64,000 bases of DNA from Felis catus (GCF_018350175.1 NC_058368.1:137518001-137582000); one strand, 5' to 3'; positions 23,748-37,952 are shown, counted from the first letter of the stretch. Notes: generated by a model from the sequence alone, not told the origin. Program-made: numbers and translations.

Positions 23748-24238
23748 TAAAGATTTTTTAAAAAGTACTTAAATATGACCTTATAAAATTTGTACCTGAT
23801 TTCCTATCACTTGAAGAAATTTTCTATCCATGACTTGGGGCTAGGACACTATTGTAGGATTAATTAAGTACCTTTCTGTCCTTAGGCAGCTGTTTTAGAC
23901 CCTTTTATTGCTTTTCTTGTAAAGCTGAAATGATTTCTGTTCTTAGAACCCCAAAGATTGCTAGAGTATAACAAGGTGTGATTGATGGGAATTAATCTCT
24001 ATTCCACCCTAGCGATTTCACATAATGTTATTGGAGGGTCTGCTTATAGCAGTTAACGAATTATTTATTAATATAAAATTTTAATTTAAACTTTCCTCAC
24101 ATATTCCATTGGTAGAATGCCCAACTTTTAAATTATATATATTTAGCTATTCCAATTCTGTGATATAAAAATAAGTGACTAGATTTTATACTAATAAAAT
24201 ATTCCTTAATTAAATCTGTTTTTTAAATGTTACGGTAG

Positions 24239-24333
24239 GAAGGGGACCAGCGATTTACTTGCTTGGGATCCCCTGTTTGGACCATCTCTTGATTCATCTT
24301 CTTCTACTTCACTAACTTCGTCGTCATCATCAG
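24239..24333 (+). CDS. FCHO2: FCHO2 exon, 95 nt (E)KGTSDLLAWDPLFGPSLDSSSSTSLTSSSSS(A)
   Basis: ggtag|GAAGG acceptor; TCAG|gtaaat donor; contains the WDPLFG linker motif. Confidence 0.93.
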
Positions 24334-24629
24334 GTAAATGTATATAAATACATATGTATATATATATATATTTAAAGTGAGGAATGCATTAGTTACTTTT
24401 TTCCTAATTGATTTGTTCATTATTTGTATGTTGTTCTTAACAATCAAAAATATTTTTAACTTGTCCTCGCATATTGCCAGGTAAAAGTGATTTTGTACTG
24501 GTTCTCTTAACTTAGCTGAAAGACCCTGTGGCTTAAACAAAAATACATCAAACCAGTTTTTTTTTTTTCATTCATGTATTTATTTCTATGCATCATTCCC
24601 TTATCTGTGCCCAAATAATTTTTTTTCCC

Positions 24630-24735
24630 AATATTTTATTTTCTTAAGTAATCTCTATTTCCAGCATGGGGCTCAAACCCACAACCCCAAGATTAAGACT
24701 TGCATGCTCCAACCACGGAGCCATTCAGGCACCCC
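24630..24735 (-). mobile_element. Short, older CanSINE
   Basis: aagtaatctct...ggggctcaaacccacaacccc...caggcacccc. Confidence 0.78.
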
Positions 24736-25796
24736 ACAACATGTTTATAGATAATTCCACTGCATGAATGTGCATTAATGTAACCAGTCCTTTTTTATTG
24801 GACATTTGAATTGCATCCAATTTTCTAGTGTTGTGAACATCCATGAATAGAACACATTTTGTGTACATGTTTCATAATATCCTTATAATTTATCAGTACA
24901 ACGTTTGAATCCCAAGATATACCCATTGATATTTATTGCCAAACTGCTTTCCAGAAAGGTGTTAGTGCTTCCCAAGCAATATATAAAAGAACTTGATGAA
25001 TGCTTTTTAGTTGGTGTTTTGACAAGAATGTGTTCTCTTTTCTTCAAAATATAAAATCCGCTTAGCCAACAATCAAAGCAAGCATCCAAATGCTTGTTGA
25101 ATAAAATCACTGCTTGTTCAAAGCAAAAAAATAAAACAAAATTCACTTTAAGTTGATCTTCTGCCTTCTCTGGGATTTCAGAAATGCCATTCAGTATTTG
25201 AGGTTAGGAGAGTGGTAGAATGGTTGGAGAGAACTTGAATTGACTGAGTTCCTGTCACGTTGCTCTGCTAGGAGCTGCATATCATCTATTTAAGTTCATT
25301 AACTGCTCCATGAAGTCCATTTTATTCTCCCTATTTTGTAGATGAAAAAACATAAAGCTTGAAGACGATCAGGAACTTCTGTAAGAGCATATAAATTGGA
25401 AATGATGAAGCATCTGATCAAATCTGGATCTTATAATTAGAAAGTCTTTGTTCATTGCACTCTGACATATTAACTAAACAATAATCCATGCTGAACCATT
25501 TTACTACTAATGAAATAAACACTAGTATTTAAAATTAGATTATTTATAAACCAATTTTTAAAAGAAATTGTAGATTTTAGGCAACCTTAACTCCAATTTG
25601 GAATTTTGAAGGGAAAGTGCTCTGTATCTAATACTTTGTAAAATAGCAAGAAACAACAAAAGACAGTTGAACATATTCTGAAGTGGCATTACAGCCTTCC
25701 TCAGTGGGCTTGTTAGTAGTTTTATAAAACTAAACTTAATAGATTATATAAGGAAGGTTAATTGTACAGGCAAAACTGAGGTTGTCATGAAGGTCT

Positions 25797-26015
25797 CTTT
25801 TTTGTTTGTTTGTTTGTTTGTTTATTTTTGAGACAGAGAGAGACAGAGCATGAACTGGGGAGGGTCAAAGAGAGAGGGAGACACAGAATCTGAAACAGGC
25901 TCCAGGCTCTGAGCTGTCAGCACAGAGCCCGACACGGGGCTCGAACTCACGAACCATGAGATCATGACTGGAGCCAAAGTCGGACGCTTAACCGACTGAG
26001 CCACCCAGGCACCCC
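25797..26015 (-). mobile_element. Felid CanSINE with (TTTG)n tail
   Basis: Near-consensus body; head gactgagccacccaggcacccc. Confidence 0.93.
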
Positions 26016-26214
26016 TAGGTCTTGTTTTTGTTTAGTAAAAATGTCAGAATGGTGTTTTGTATTTAGAATGAAGAAGGTCATAAGTAGTGTATTTTAATTT
26101 TGTTAATACACTTTTATGAATTATTTTTCAGAATCCTTAATGAAAGTTTTCACATTGAAAATCAGAGGCTTTAGTGATACAGAAATTTCTTCCTAACTCT
26201 GCCCTTAGTTTCTC

Positions 26215-26434
26215 TTTTTTAAAAAAAAATTTTTTTTTAATGTTTATTTCTGAGACAGAGTGACAGAGCATAAGTGGGGGAGGGGCAGAGAGAGAGGAGA
26301 CACAGAATCCGAAGCAGGCTCCAGGCTCTGAACTGTCAGCACAGAGCCCCATGCGAGGCTCGAACTCACAGACGGCGAGATCATGACCTGAGCCAAAGTC
26401 AGACGCTCAAGCGACTGAACCACCCAGGCACCCC
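26215..26434 (-). mobile_element. Felid CanSINE
   Basis: Near-consensus body. Confidence 0.92.
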
Positions 26435-27651
26435 TCTCTTTTTCTTTAACACAGTTTCTTACTTTTCAAAAAAGTTCTCTTTTCCTCTTGCTAACTGTCT
26501 GAAGAATGTTTCACCCCTATCACTTTTAATTTCAGATAAAAAGGATTCATTTTCGTTTAGTGGCCATTTGATATGCAGTAGCTAGGAAATAAAACATTTA
26601 TTAACCGTTTGCTACTTTTTAAGTTCACTTTCATATGCATTTTTAAACCTTTCTATATAGTCTGAAAAATGATATCAAATTACTTTGCCTTTCAGGGAAT
26701 GTTAGTCGTGTTGAAAAGAGATGATGATACAAGTCTAAAAAGGTGTAAAGGTGATAGTGCTGTGTTACGCAACAAGTGCCTAACTGGCTAGTAGTAAAAC
26801 TCCCAACATGTTAGGAGGTAAGACAGACTAAATCAGTTTTGGAGTTAATACAAAAAACCAGCCTTAAAAAAAAAAAAGCATAATATTTTTCAAAACGTTA
26901 TTTTCAGGGATTTTTGCTGAGCACCAGAGCTCAATCTACAGGCAGAGAAGACATAGTCTATAGTAAGGTTTATCAGAGGAGGGGTTTGTTTATATATAAA
27001 TATTTATACTTTTACCAGCTGTTAAGAGTTACCTTTTACTTCTCTGGGCAAACAGGAATAATTAATGGACTTCAATTGTGCTTTATATATTTTTGACCTT
27101 GAGTTTTACTCTTATGTTCTTTAAGTTTCTTATGCTCATACTTAATTTCCTCGGTTAATAGAAAGTTTGAGCTCCTGCTTTTCTTCCTGTATTACTATAT
27201 TTTTCTAGTTTTGAGGGACTAAAATAACATTAACCTGAAATGAGAAAACTATTTGGCTATGTAGATTCATATTTTTGTTCTAGAATTTTCCTGTTGCTTC
27301 TGGTTTTCAACTGCTTTCTCCTTCTTCCACTGAACTTAGAAAGAACGCAACACAAACTCTTTGTCTCCCACTGATTTGAGTGTATGGTAATTGAATCTTT
27401 CCTTGAAACCAGCATGTTTTTGGACTTTGAAAAAGCAAATTGTGGTTATTTAAAAGAGCTGAATGTTAACAGTTCTACCAGGCTTGGTTTGAGTCAGTCT
27501 TAATACATTGACAATCCATTTGTCAGTGATGAAGCTCAGGTATACATACCTATCTCTACTATGTTACATTCTCATAAGCTTGAAATGCCTTGAGTAGTGA
27601 TGAGTGCTGGTTTCATTGATAACGAACCTGTCTTTAAAGTAAGTATGTCAT

Positions 27652-27865
27652 GGGGCACCTGGGTGGCTCAGTCGGTTGAGCCTCCGACTTCGGCTCAGGT
27701 CATGATCTCACAGTCCGTGAGTTCGAGCCCCACGTCAGGCTCTGCTCTGACAGCTCAGAGCCTGCAGCCTGTTTCAGATTGTCTCCCTCTCTCTCTGCTC
27801 CTCCCCTGCTCATGCTCTCTCTCTGTCTCAAAAATGAATTAAAAAATAAATTTAAAAAAAACATT
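27652..27865 (+). mobile_element. Felid CanSINE
   Basis: ggggcacctgggtggctcagtcggttgag head, CT tract, A tail. Confidence 0.93.
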
Positions 27866-29069
27866 TAAAGAAAAGTAGTATTCATTGGAAGAAGGCAGCA
27901 GCCTTGGGATCTACATAGGGGTTCTTAGCAGCTTTTTATTGTTTTCTTCAAGCAGCTTGAACTATGCTTGTATCTATTATCCCTTCATTGTATGTGCTTT
28001 CTGAATGATTCCATACCCCTCATGCCTTTACTTTCACTCCTGTGTGACTACCTTTTTCTTTAGCTCTTTTCCTGTCACCTCTATTCTCCTTCCTTTCACA
28101 CCTGCATTCCTCTGACAGTGACCATGGATCCTCAGCCTTTTGTTTCTCCATGGATATACTTAGGCCCATTCATATATTTTTAACTTTGCACATCTGCAAA
28201 CTTAACTTAATGAATTATATTCTTCCCATCCATATTCTCTTCTTCAGTTTGAATTACAGTCCCATCTTTTAGATTGAAGCAAAGGGATTTGAAAATCATT
28301 TAAAATACCATGATTTAAACATATCAGCTTCCATTCTTCACTTTCGTTTTGGTTATGCTAATACATTTGTGAATTGTGATGATGTACACTTGAATTTCAT
28401 TAATTTCTACTACGATGGAGTTATTTTTAATTAGAAATACTCTGGTTAGTATCTAATTTATAAAATGGCAAAATTTGTAAATGGCATTGAAAAACAGTGA
28501 ACATTAAATTTATGTAGGATTTAGGAACAGGAATTTTTTCATAAATAAGGTATTTTTAATACTTTTAATTATCACCAGAAACTTTACAGTGTATTTCAAC
28601 TTGTAATTTGACCTTTAAGTTTAATTAAGGTAAGTGTTTTATTTAGAGTTCATGTGAAGGTGTTGCTTCAAAGGCTTGGTCTTACATTTCTGTAAGTAGA
28701 TGTATTGGCAATAAACTAAAGACCTTAGGCCTGAAATTGGTGTATTTTTACTAGCTAATTTATCATTTTATCTTTTTATAGGTGTAAAGAACTGAAACAG
28801 GAATACACTTTATATCGTGTGTCAATTCTACTGAAAAGTCAATGTTTTGTTTTTTAGGAATATTGTTAGCTTCAAGAAAAGCATATTTGATAGACTTCCA
28901 GTATTTCAACAAGTATCTATAATTATATTATAGATATATAATATGTATATTACAAAACTCCTGAAAAATTAGCTTTGAGTCCTAAGAATTCCTCTATAAT
29001 AGAATGTATTTATGTAAGGTTTGTTACATACTAATGGTTTTCTTCAAATTCTCTTTTTCCCCCTACCAG

Positions 29070-29173
29070 CCAGGCCCACAACTCCTCTTTCTGTAGGCAC
29101 CATTGTCCCACCTCCAAGGCCTGCTTCCAGACCAAAGCTTACTTCAGGCAAACTCAGTGGGATTAATGAAATA
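29070..29173 (+). CDS. FCHO2: FCHO2 exon, 104 nt (A)[34 protein letters not shown], Pro-rich
   Basis: taccag|CCAGG acceptor; ATA|gtatgt donor; within ORF 29021..29221. Confidence 0.93.
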
Positions 29174-29799
29174 GTATGTACTCAGGTTTTTTTTTTTTTT
29201 AATTATAACTGTTTGATTTAAGATGCAAATATTTTTCTATATACCCCTTTACCATTAAATGCTTGGAATTATCTACTTGAGTCTTCAAATTATAGGAAAA
29301 TTTTTCTAGCCAACACTTCCTTTACTTCCTCATGTTACATGGAGCAAGACATTGTTCGGGAAGACAGGAGATTTCCTGAGAAAGTTAGCACATTATAAGA
29401 ATAACCATTTAGTACCCATTCTTTCACAATTAAGAAGCAATTTTCATATAATTCTGCTGTAAGTCAAATATTATGGAAGAGATGGTGACCTTTTCCTAGG
29501 GTTTAGAAGTGTACTGCCAGTAGAATCCTGGAGGGAATCTAGTCCAGCTTTATTTTATGCATAAAGAGACTGGAGGTGATGTTACTTAACTGGCTTGTGA
29601 AAGTACATGTTGCTTAAAGAAAAAAACATTGGTCTACAAAAGTTGTCAGATAACTAAAGAAAATGTATGAGTTATATTCAGAGAGACTTTCCCAAACCAG
29701 TCTTCTTGCTTCTTACCTACTGTGTGTCATGTTTTACACTAATTGCCAGTATTAAATTTCTGAAAGTCAAGCTTAATCTTCTTTTTCTCTAGATAGACC

Positions 29800-30300
29800 T
29801 CTCCATTGGTTGCCTGTAGTCCATGTGGTTGAATGTTTTAGCTGAATGTACAAGGCTCTTTAAAAAGGTGCCTCAACAACCTGCATTATTACCAGACTAA
29901 CTGTCCAACTTTCTCCTCTTTGCAACTTAACGTTCTAGCCATTTGAAACTTTCCACTGTTCCCCAAACACATCATGCTCTTTTATGTATCCACGTCTTAC
30001 TTTGCAGCCTTTACGGAAATGCCCCTCAGTTGTTTATATAGGAAACTGCCCTCTTTTTTTTTTTTTTTTTAAGATCCAGCTAAATACCATCTAGCTAAAT
30101 CCCTCTTTGATCATTACTTCTCCCCAAGTGGATTTAATCACTCTCTTCCTTATACCCACCCATGTACTTTGCTCATATTTCTCTTAGTGCACAAATTACA
30201 TTGTATATACTTTCTTTGTGTGTGTTCCCCTCACTGGACTATGCCTTTGCCACGTTAGTACTTTGCATAATGCCTGTCACATAGGAGATGTTTCATGAAA
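29800..30300 (+). mobile_element. L2 relic
   Basis: ctgttccccaaacacatcatgctc...aagatccagctaaatacc...gcataatgcctgtcacatagg. Confidence 0.55.
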
Positions 30301-30721
30301 AATCTAAAAGGCTTGAGCACCAAGTGCTGAAATAGTGACCTCTTTCTTTTGTTACCCTAACGAACAGACTTAAGGAAATGAGATCAAAGACTAGATACAA
30401 GCTGGTAAGGAGATAATTATTTTTCATAGAATATAAAAATGACTGCCTCTTAATAACATGGGATTTTTTCCTGATTACAAAAGCAGTACATGATCATTGA
30501 AATTTGGGAAATAGAGAAAACAAAATTAAAATCCCTTCCATATTTCATGACTCAAAGATATGCAGTTAACACTTTTATATATATCCTTTCATTAAGTTTT
30601 GAGTGCTTAAATATTCAGACTCAGTAAAATATAGTTATTAAAAGCACAAGCTTATTAGTCAATAGTTACCTGAGCGACATTAGTCAAGTTATGTACTTGG
30701 AGTCTCTTATTTCCTTATAGG

Positions 30722-30796
30722 TAAAGAAGTATAAAGGTAACAGGTGGTATGAGACTTCATACCATAAAGAAGTATAAAGGTAACAGGTGGTATGAG
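30722..30796. repeat. 32-bp direct duplication with an 11-nt inverted templated spacer, in a MIR relic
   Basis: TAAAGAAGTATAAAGGTAACAGGTGGTATGAG at 30722-30753 and 30765-30796. Confidence 0.9.
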
Positions 30797-31574
30797 TTAC
30801 TGTGTGTTAGATACTTAGAACATTGTGGAGTGGAAGTAATTGCTCAGAAAAGTTACTGTGAATGATATGTGTACATTTTTAATGTCAAACATACTTTTTA
30901 TTCTTCACTTGAAAATATTTTGGGAACACCTTTCAATTTCATGAATTACTCTTTAGATTTCAAACTTATTTCAAGTGGTAGAATCTTTTGTCAAATAATC
31001 TTAAGTTGCAAGTGTATTAAATAAGTAAAATTGGGACTTTTATACTTGAATCTTTCATCCTTTACTCCCACTGCAGCCTTGAGAGCCTTCTAGAAACCAC
31101 CCTTTGAGGGCTTCAGGGAGCACCATTTGAAACAGCTGCAGAGCATAAATGCTGTATCTTGTAACACCACTGTCAGCATTAAATTTCCAAAGGTTTTTAG
31201 AGACGTGATTTGACATTTAGTTTATTTCCAAGTTTTCATTAGTCAGCGCTGTCTTAATGATTTCATTATAAACAATGTCTTAATATCCTTTTGTTCTTCG
31301 CAGACTTTATGTTTAGTAAATTTTAAAGTGAAATTCATGAACTAAAGGGTATGCACCTTTTTTAAGACTCTTGATGATTATTACTGTATTGCCCACCAGA
31401 AAGTTTATGCTGATTTTAATTCTCTCCAGCTGTACATCGAAGTGCCCTTTTCCTTGCCTGCTTGGATGTGCACTTTTTTGGGGAGAGGGCACCTACCTTT
31501 CACTAGATGCTCAAAGGGTGTATAATCACACACCCTTCTCACATTCCTGTTGGGATTGCCTCATTGTTTAGAGC

Positions 31575-31725
31575 AGTGGTTTTCAAAGTTTGGTCCCCAG
31601 ACTAGCAGCATTACCATCACCTAGGATTGGGAGAAATGTAGTTTATCTGTCTCCATCCCAGACAAATCAGAAATTCTGGGAAGTGGCCCTCCAAGTGATT
31701 CTGATGCATGTTTAAGAACTGCTGT
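31575..31725. mobile_element. MER5A-like hAT MITE
   Basis: cagtggttttcaaagtttggtcccc...ccctccaagtgattctgatgca...gaactgctg. Confidence 0.75.
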
Positions 31726-31732
31726 TTTTAAG

Positions 31733-31988
31733 TAGTGCTGTTCAACAGAAATATAACGCAGCAGATACTGAAGTTTTTCTAGTAGCTACATTAAAAACAG
31801 TAAAATTAACTGATTTTACTCAGTATATTAAAAAAAACATTTTACAGTGTAATCACTATAAAGATGGAGAGTTTCTTTTCTGTGTGTGCTAAGTCTTCAA
31901 AATCTGTCTGTTTTATACTTAGAACTCATCTCAAATTTGAACTAGCCACATTTCAAGTGCTGTGGCTACTGTACTGGACAGTGCCATT
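31733..31988. mobile_element. MER3/MER33-like hAT MITE
   Basis: gtgctgttcaacagaaatataa...tagccacatttcaagtgct...ggctactgtactggacagtgc. Confidence 0.7.
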
Positions 31989-33559
31989 CCAAAATCAGAA
32001 CACCACTTAAGAGCTGTTTTTGTCTTTTCCTAGAAAGTTATAAAATGTGCATTCTAAACTGTAAATTGTAAAAATGTAGCCACATGGTATGGTCATGAGG
32101 CCATGTTGCTACAGGAGAAATTTCTCCTACAGTACATGGTCAAGATTTTTTCTAAGCTTATAGATTTCACATAGCTGTTGAATTTAATATGTGTTTGACT
32201 TCATGCCTTGCACCACTTCCATCTGTATACAGAGCTGCATTTTTATGCCTTGCTATATGTTTTAAATCTAGTAGTTATTATAATCAGTCATCAAAAAGCT
32301 ATTCTCTGGAACTAATAGTTCAAAAATAGTTAATTGAGGGAGTGGGAGGTTACTTAGTATAAAACACTTTGGATGGTACCTAATTTTTATGTGTCTATCT
32401 GTAAATTTATATTCATACAATAGAGAGTTGACTAACTTTAGTGTAGGAGTGCTTATAGGGTGTTTTGTTTTTGTGTTTTTGTCTTTAGTTTTTCATATTC
32501 CTCAAATAATTGAAGACAGGAACAGGATCTTTCTTGTTCACTGCTTTGTATCTAGTGTATCTAACCCATGGCTTGACCCATAGTGACACATAGTAGGCAA
32601 TGAATAAGTATTATATTCATTTACGTAATACTTTCACAAGCAGGAAAATGTTATTTTTAACTAAGTTAAATATGCCTTATTTAAAAAAATGAAACCCTTT
32701 AGGAAGTATTGCTCATGTATTATTGGAACACTTAGGAATGTGGAAGGAAAAAATCCATTCACCCAAGTAAAAGAAATGAACAGAAGTTCAAATTTTCATA
32801 TGTATTTTTATGTTTAGAAAAGTGGGAAGGCAATAGAATTAAGATTTCCTCAAACGTCTTTTTTGAGTGAACTGTCTCAATGAGAAAGCGTTACAAGGAA
32901 TTATAAAGGCAAATGTGGACAGATTTGTAAACACCACAAATAAAAGGCGAGCAAGATTTAGGGACAAAGTGTTTGCAGCAGATAAAGCAAAGGGTTAGTG
33001 AAAGCTCAGGTAATATTAAGCTCCCCCGAAACTAAATTAGACAAAGCCAACAAAGACAACTCCTAAAAGGTAAAATACCCATCTTATTTTTATCTATTTT
33101 AAAATTATTTTTCCATCTAAGGCTCATCCATTCATTGCTGACAAAGGTGCAGAGAAATATTCTATTTATAGGGAGTAAAGTGAATAATCCTTTTGGGAAG
33201 CAGTTTGGCAGTATGTATGAAAGAAAAGCCTTCATGGTGTTTAAGCTTATAATTTAACCTCTGAAACTCTGTCTTAAGTATACTTATTGAAATAGAGAAA
33301 ATGTTTAATGTATAAAGGTTCTCTTGACAGCATTATTTTAAAATAGCCTTCTCCGCCTTTAACATATTCTTGAAAATGATTTGACTTATGCCATCTCTAT
33401 TTTTAGTTAAAAGAAACACTTTTAACTCTTTTAACTTTTTAGTTAAAAGAAAATAAATTTGGTTGATTATATTAAAATTAATCTTAACATACCTAAATAT
33501 CTTTTCTAATAACAGAGGAATGGTTTTACCATTCCGGTAAATAACTTTTTGTTTTTAAG

Positions 33560-33689
33560 CCCAGGCCATTCAGCCCACCTGTAACTTCCAATACCAGCCC
33601 ACCTCCTGCAGCTCCTTTAGCCCGGGCAGAAAGTTCTTCCTCTATCTCCTCTTCGGCTTCATTAAGTGCTGCCAATACTCCAACAGTAG
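33560..33689 (+). CDS. FCHO2: FCHO2 exon, 130 nt [43 protein letters not shown](G)
   Basis: tttaag|CCCAGG acceptor; GTAG|gtaagt donor; phase 0/1. Confidence 0.93.
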
Positions 33690-34054
33690 GTAAGTGATTA
33701 TCATAGATTATATGTGAAAGTTAGCATCCAAAGTATGATCAGGCTGAATTTTGTTTTTTAATGAGCTCGTGAAAAATTTAACATTAAGAAACTTCAGTTT
33801 TCTGTAGACACACCTGGCATTGTCAAACTAGCCACATTTTCCCTGTCTGAATAGGAGAATTTTCTAACACTGTTAAGAATGCATCAAATTTATAAACTAC
33901 TGACCAGTATAAATAATTGAAGGCTGTATACAATGCAGGCCTTTCTAATGTGAAGTGATGCTTACACTCCTAAGAGCTTTTAATAACGATTCAATTTAAG
34001 GAAGGAGTTTTGTGCTTGCAATTATATATTTCTATAAGAATTTAAATCCTCAAG

Positions 34055-34143
34055 ATTTAAAAGTAGTAGATATCAGGACATAGGTATATAAACCTAAATA
34101 TTTAAAAGTAGTAGATATTAGGACATAGGTATATAAACCTAAA
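34055..34143. repeat. Tandem duplication, 2 x 44 bp (period 45, one mismatch)
   Basis: ATTTAAAAGTAGTAGATAT(C/T)AGGACATAGGTATATAAACCTAAA at 34055 and 34100. Confidence 0.92.
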
Positions 34144-37100
34144 CCCTAGCAAGTAAGTCCAATATTTTATTACATCTAGATTTTGCTCAAGACATTTTTT
34201 TATCTTCACTTTTATCTAATTTCTACAAATTCTTAATACTTTTCTCACCCACTGTTAGTATAACAAAAAAGCTATAATGAGCACTTTATTCTTGTGTTTT
34301 GTTTGTATATGTGATTTTGTTAATTTTGGTTTTTGCAAACTCTGTATTTTAGTCATAAAAAACATAGATGAATCTTTTTAGAAGCAGACATGTGGTCTGA
34401 GTAAACAGAATTAGCTTTAGGTCTCCATTTTCTCTAAATTATTTAAAGGGATTTGAATTTAATAGAATATATTTTTGATTGAGTAGGTACATACTTGTTT
34501 TTAGTCTGGGCCAGGGCAGGCAATAGTAGAACCACAGGTGAGGGAGGAAACAGGCAGGCTGGATATAATGTGGATCTTGTGCAACAAAGATACTTTAAAT
34601 CTCCCATAAAAGTTCCCTTTTTTAAAATTATGATGCTTATTCAGCTCTCTTTAAGTTTTTGATCCTTCTTATTTCTTGCAAATATTTTCTTTTCCTACAA
34701 TATTTTGTTTTATTTAAATATGATAGAAGATGATAATTTGATTGGGACACTCTCTGAAATTGAAAAGCACTGTGAGACTTCACAAGGTATTGTATCAAAA
34801 GCAATATATGTGTGTTGACTAATGATCCTAAAGTGTATCTAAAATACTTTGTTATTTCATTTTTTTCCTTTTTCAGCAATGTATGGTGTCTCAGAAGTCA
34901 AGAATAACTCTAAGGTTTAACTTTCTCAGTTTGTACTAATTATGTCCAGTTGCTGTATAGGATTTATTGATATCAAATCCCCAATTATAAAAACAGTATT
35001 TTTGCATTTTCTTCATCTCCTTGCTTTTTTTTCCTTCTCAACATTAAGAAATGTCCATAAATCTTACCCCTAAAGTTGTCAGAATCAGAGAAAAAGTGGT
35101 TAGAAAAGCAGCAGAAAGACTATGTTAGTTTAAATACCTAACTTACCAGAGCAAAGGCTCTCCTAGGAAAGCCATCCATATAGTGAGGTGAAGTTAGAGG
35201 CAAAAAGGTATCAAATAGTTGGGAGTGTTTTTTACTCCTGGCTGTAAATAATTCTCCAAAAATATCCACTGATTATTACAGGAAGGTACCTCTTTCTTCA
35301 ACTTTATAAGCTCTGCATTTTCAGAACATACGGTTGTTTAAATGTAGAACAATTAAACCAAAATTAGAACATATAATATCCTTATAAATACAGGTGATTT
35401 TTTATTTCTAAGAAATTATGTATTTGGAATAATACATTATAAATTTAGACTTTTATACTTAGTTTAAGGACTCGATACAGGAAATATGCAAACATTTTTT
35501 TGAACTATGTATGTGCAATATAATCTTGAAAACAAGAATAGAAAATACGCAAGGACATATGCCAAAATATTAAGTGGATTTTGAGTTTTTCCCCCCCTCC
35601 TATTCAGTACTTTTTTCTTCTTGCCAGTATTTCAGTAATGGGCTTAACAATTCATACGGATTATTTCAAGAATTCTCATTTTATATGCCCAGTTGGATAA
35701 GTGAAAACAGTAACATGTAGGCTTCTTTTGATTTTTAATGTCACAGTAGAAGCAGATATTAGTGTTACCCATGACTGTGTGTAAATATCCATTTATCGTA
35801 GGTGGTTTAAGGGGAAAGGTTAATTTCATAATTGAGAATATAGTTTTCTTTACTAAAGAGTATTATAGCTTTCATCTTCCCCTAGAAAACATATGCTTTT
35901 ATGATTTTCTAGTGAGTCCCTATATAGAACAATATATTTTTTTAAAAAATTCACTGAACTAATTCACACATACAGTGAAATTTTCCCGTTGTGCAAACAT
36001 GTGTCAGCATAGATATATTCAGTTAATCTCTACTTAGTCTGCTTTTTTCACTTAACATTTTCTTATGCATATACATGAGTCTTCTGCCTCTTGGTCAGCC
36101 CCTTATCTTTCACTTCATCATCTGTCCCCTGATCCAAATTTGAATCCCTGACAACAGACATTTTTCTCTTCATTCTAGGATCCACTGTGTTCAGAGTGAT
36201 CTCACGAAATGAAAAATGTAGCCATGTTTCTCTTGAACATTTTTAGTAGTTTTTAGTGCCACAGAGATAAAATTAAATGTCCCCTGTGCTATGATCTGGG
36301 CCTTAAACATTTCTCTAGACAGATTTTCATGTCCTCTCATCTTCCCAGCCATCCCTTACCCACTAAGTATGTTCCCGCTTTGCAAAACTACTTGTGGCTC
36401 CAAAAGGCAGCATTTTTTTCATGCCTCCTTAGCTCAGTACTAGACATTTGTTGGAATTAGTAAATAGTAGCTGTTGTGATTTTCTGAGTAAATTTTTATA
36501 TTTATTGAGTTTTAAATTTTCGTATGAAATTGTAAGTTTTTTTGCAGTCAGAGGGAGCACTTACTTTTCCCTTTGGCCTCGCAGCAGTTCTTGTTTCCAT
36601 GTACTTTTAATCCCTGAGCTATTTTTCTAACTGTGAAGAACCTTCCAAGTCAGAATTCTTCAAAATATTAAATACCACAAAATCTTCCTGGCCTTTACAG
36701 CTAACAAAAGCTTTTTCTCACTGTGTGTAGAATCTCGGGCTTACTTGTGAGGCAGAGAGAACTAGTACTGATTTTTGTCAGGCTTAGTATCTTAGGTATT
36801 TCAAAAGTAACTCACCCTTTCACTATAGGTAATCTTAGCTGAAATAGAACTATCTGGTGGCTATGAGCATTGTGTAATATTTATAGAAAAGCATACATTC
36901 AAATTTCAGAGCTACGTTGACCTAGATTATTTATTCTGAGAAAATCTGAATAATCTATGCTATTGGCCTTTTTTAAAATATAAAATTGCATCATTTATTG
37001 TATATTAAATAAAATGCTCCACTTTCCAGTCAGTAGCCATTGTGGTAACCTTACCACATGAGAAGAGTGGGAAGAGTACATTTGTCAAGAAAGACAATGA

Positions 37101-37825
37101 ACTGCTTTGAGGGATTTTTCTATAATGAAATAAACTAGAAAGTTTGCTTAGGTTAAAAAAACCTGAATACATGCATAGATTAAATTTGTTTACATTTTAT
37201 TATGCTTTAAAATAACTGATCTTTATATTATTTAACTCTAAAGGTGTGTTATCTAAGTGAACTTTGTGTCAGGAATGTTTAAAATTAACATTATTTGTCC
37301 TGTTTATCAAGATAATGGGAATATATGGGAATATAATGTATGCATTAGACAAAGAGGTAAAAGAATTCTAGTGAGTAGTGTCCGAAACATTATGTTATTC
37401 AGTTAGAAATAGCTGACGGATGGAAATAGCTGAAACACAAAAATCCAGCTTAATGCCCTGAAGTATTTGAGTGGTAGAACTTGAAACAATTTAGCATCTG
37501 AATGGTTGTGAAAACATATTTTAGTAGTTTTGTTCTTCAGGTGAAGGGCTTTTTCCTTCTGACACTCCTTAACCCAAACGTTTAGTGTCATTTCATTTAA
37601 AAGAAAAGTCAGTAAAACATGTTTTCGTGATTTTTTTTTGTCCTCTGTATTATGTTTCAATTTGTTTTCTGCCCTATTTTTTAACCTCCAGATTTATACC
37701 TGGGCCATCAATGGAACCAATAATAGAGTCATTTGTGACAAGCTAACCTTGTGACTTTACCTGTCTTGATATTTTATAAAGCTCTTTCTATAGGATTTAA
37801 CAAATAAATTGCATATGTATTCTAG

Positions 37826-37937
37826 GTGTGTCACGAGGTCCCAGCCCTGTCAGCCTTGGAAATCAGGACACCTTACCTGTGGCAGTTGCCCTTACAGAAT
37901 CTGTTAATGCCTACTTTAAAGGAGCAGACCCTACCAA
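37826..37937 (+). CDS. FCHO2: FCHO2 exon, 112 nt (G)[36 protein letters not shown](K), start of mu-homology domain
   Basis: tctag|GTGTG acceptor; CCAA|gttagt donor; ORF 37828..38043. Confidence 0.94.
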
Positions 37938-37950
37938 GTTAGTTTTTAAA

Positions 37951-37952
<2 letters not shown>

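Noticed and set aside
24201..24210. U12-like branch site TTCCTTAAT before exon 24239
   Set aside because: The intron's donor is U2-type GTAAGT and the motif is ~28 nt from the AG, so it is most likely an ordinary branch point
30722..34143. CRISPR-like repeat-spacer arrays
   Set aside because: Only two-copy local duplications in mammalian intron DNA; no array and no cas genes
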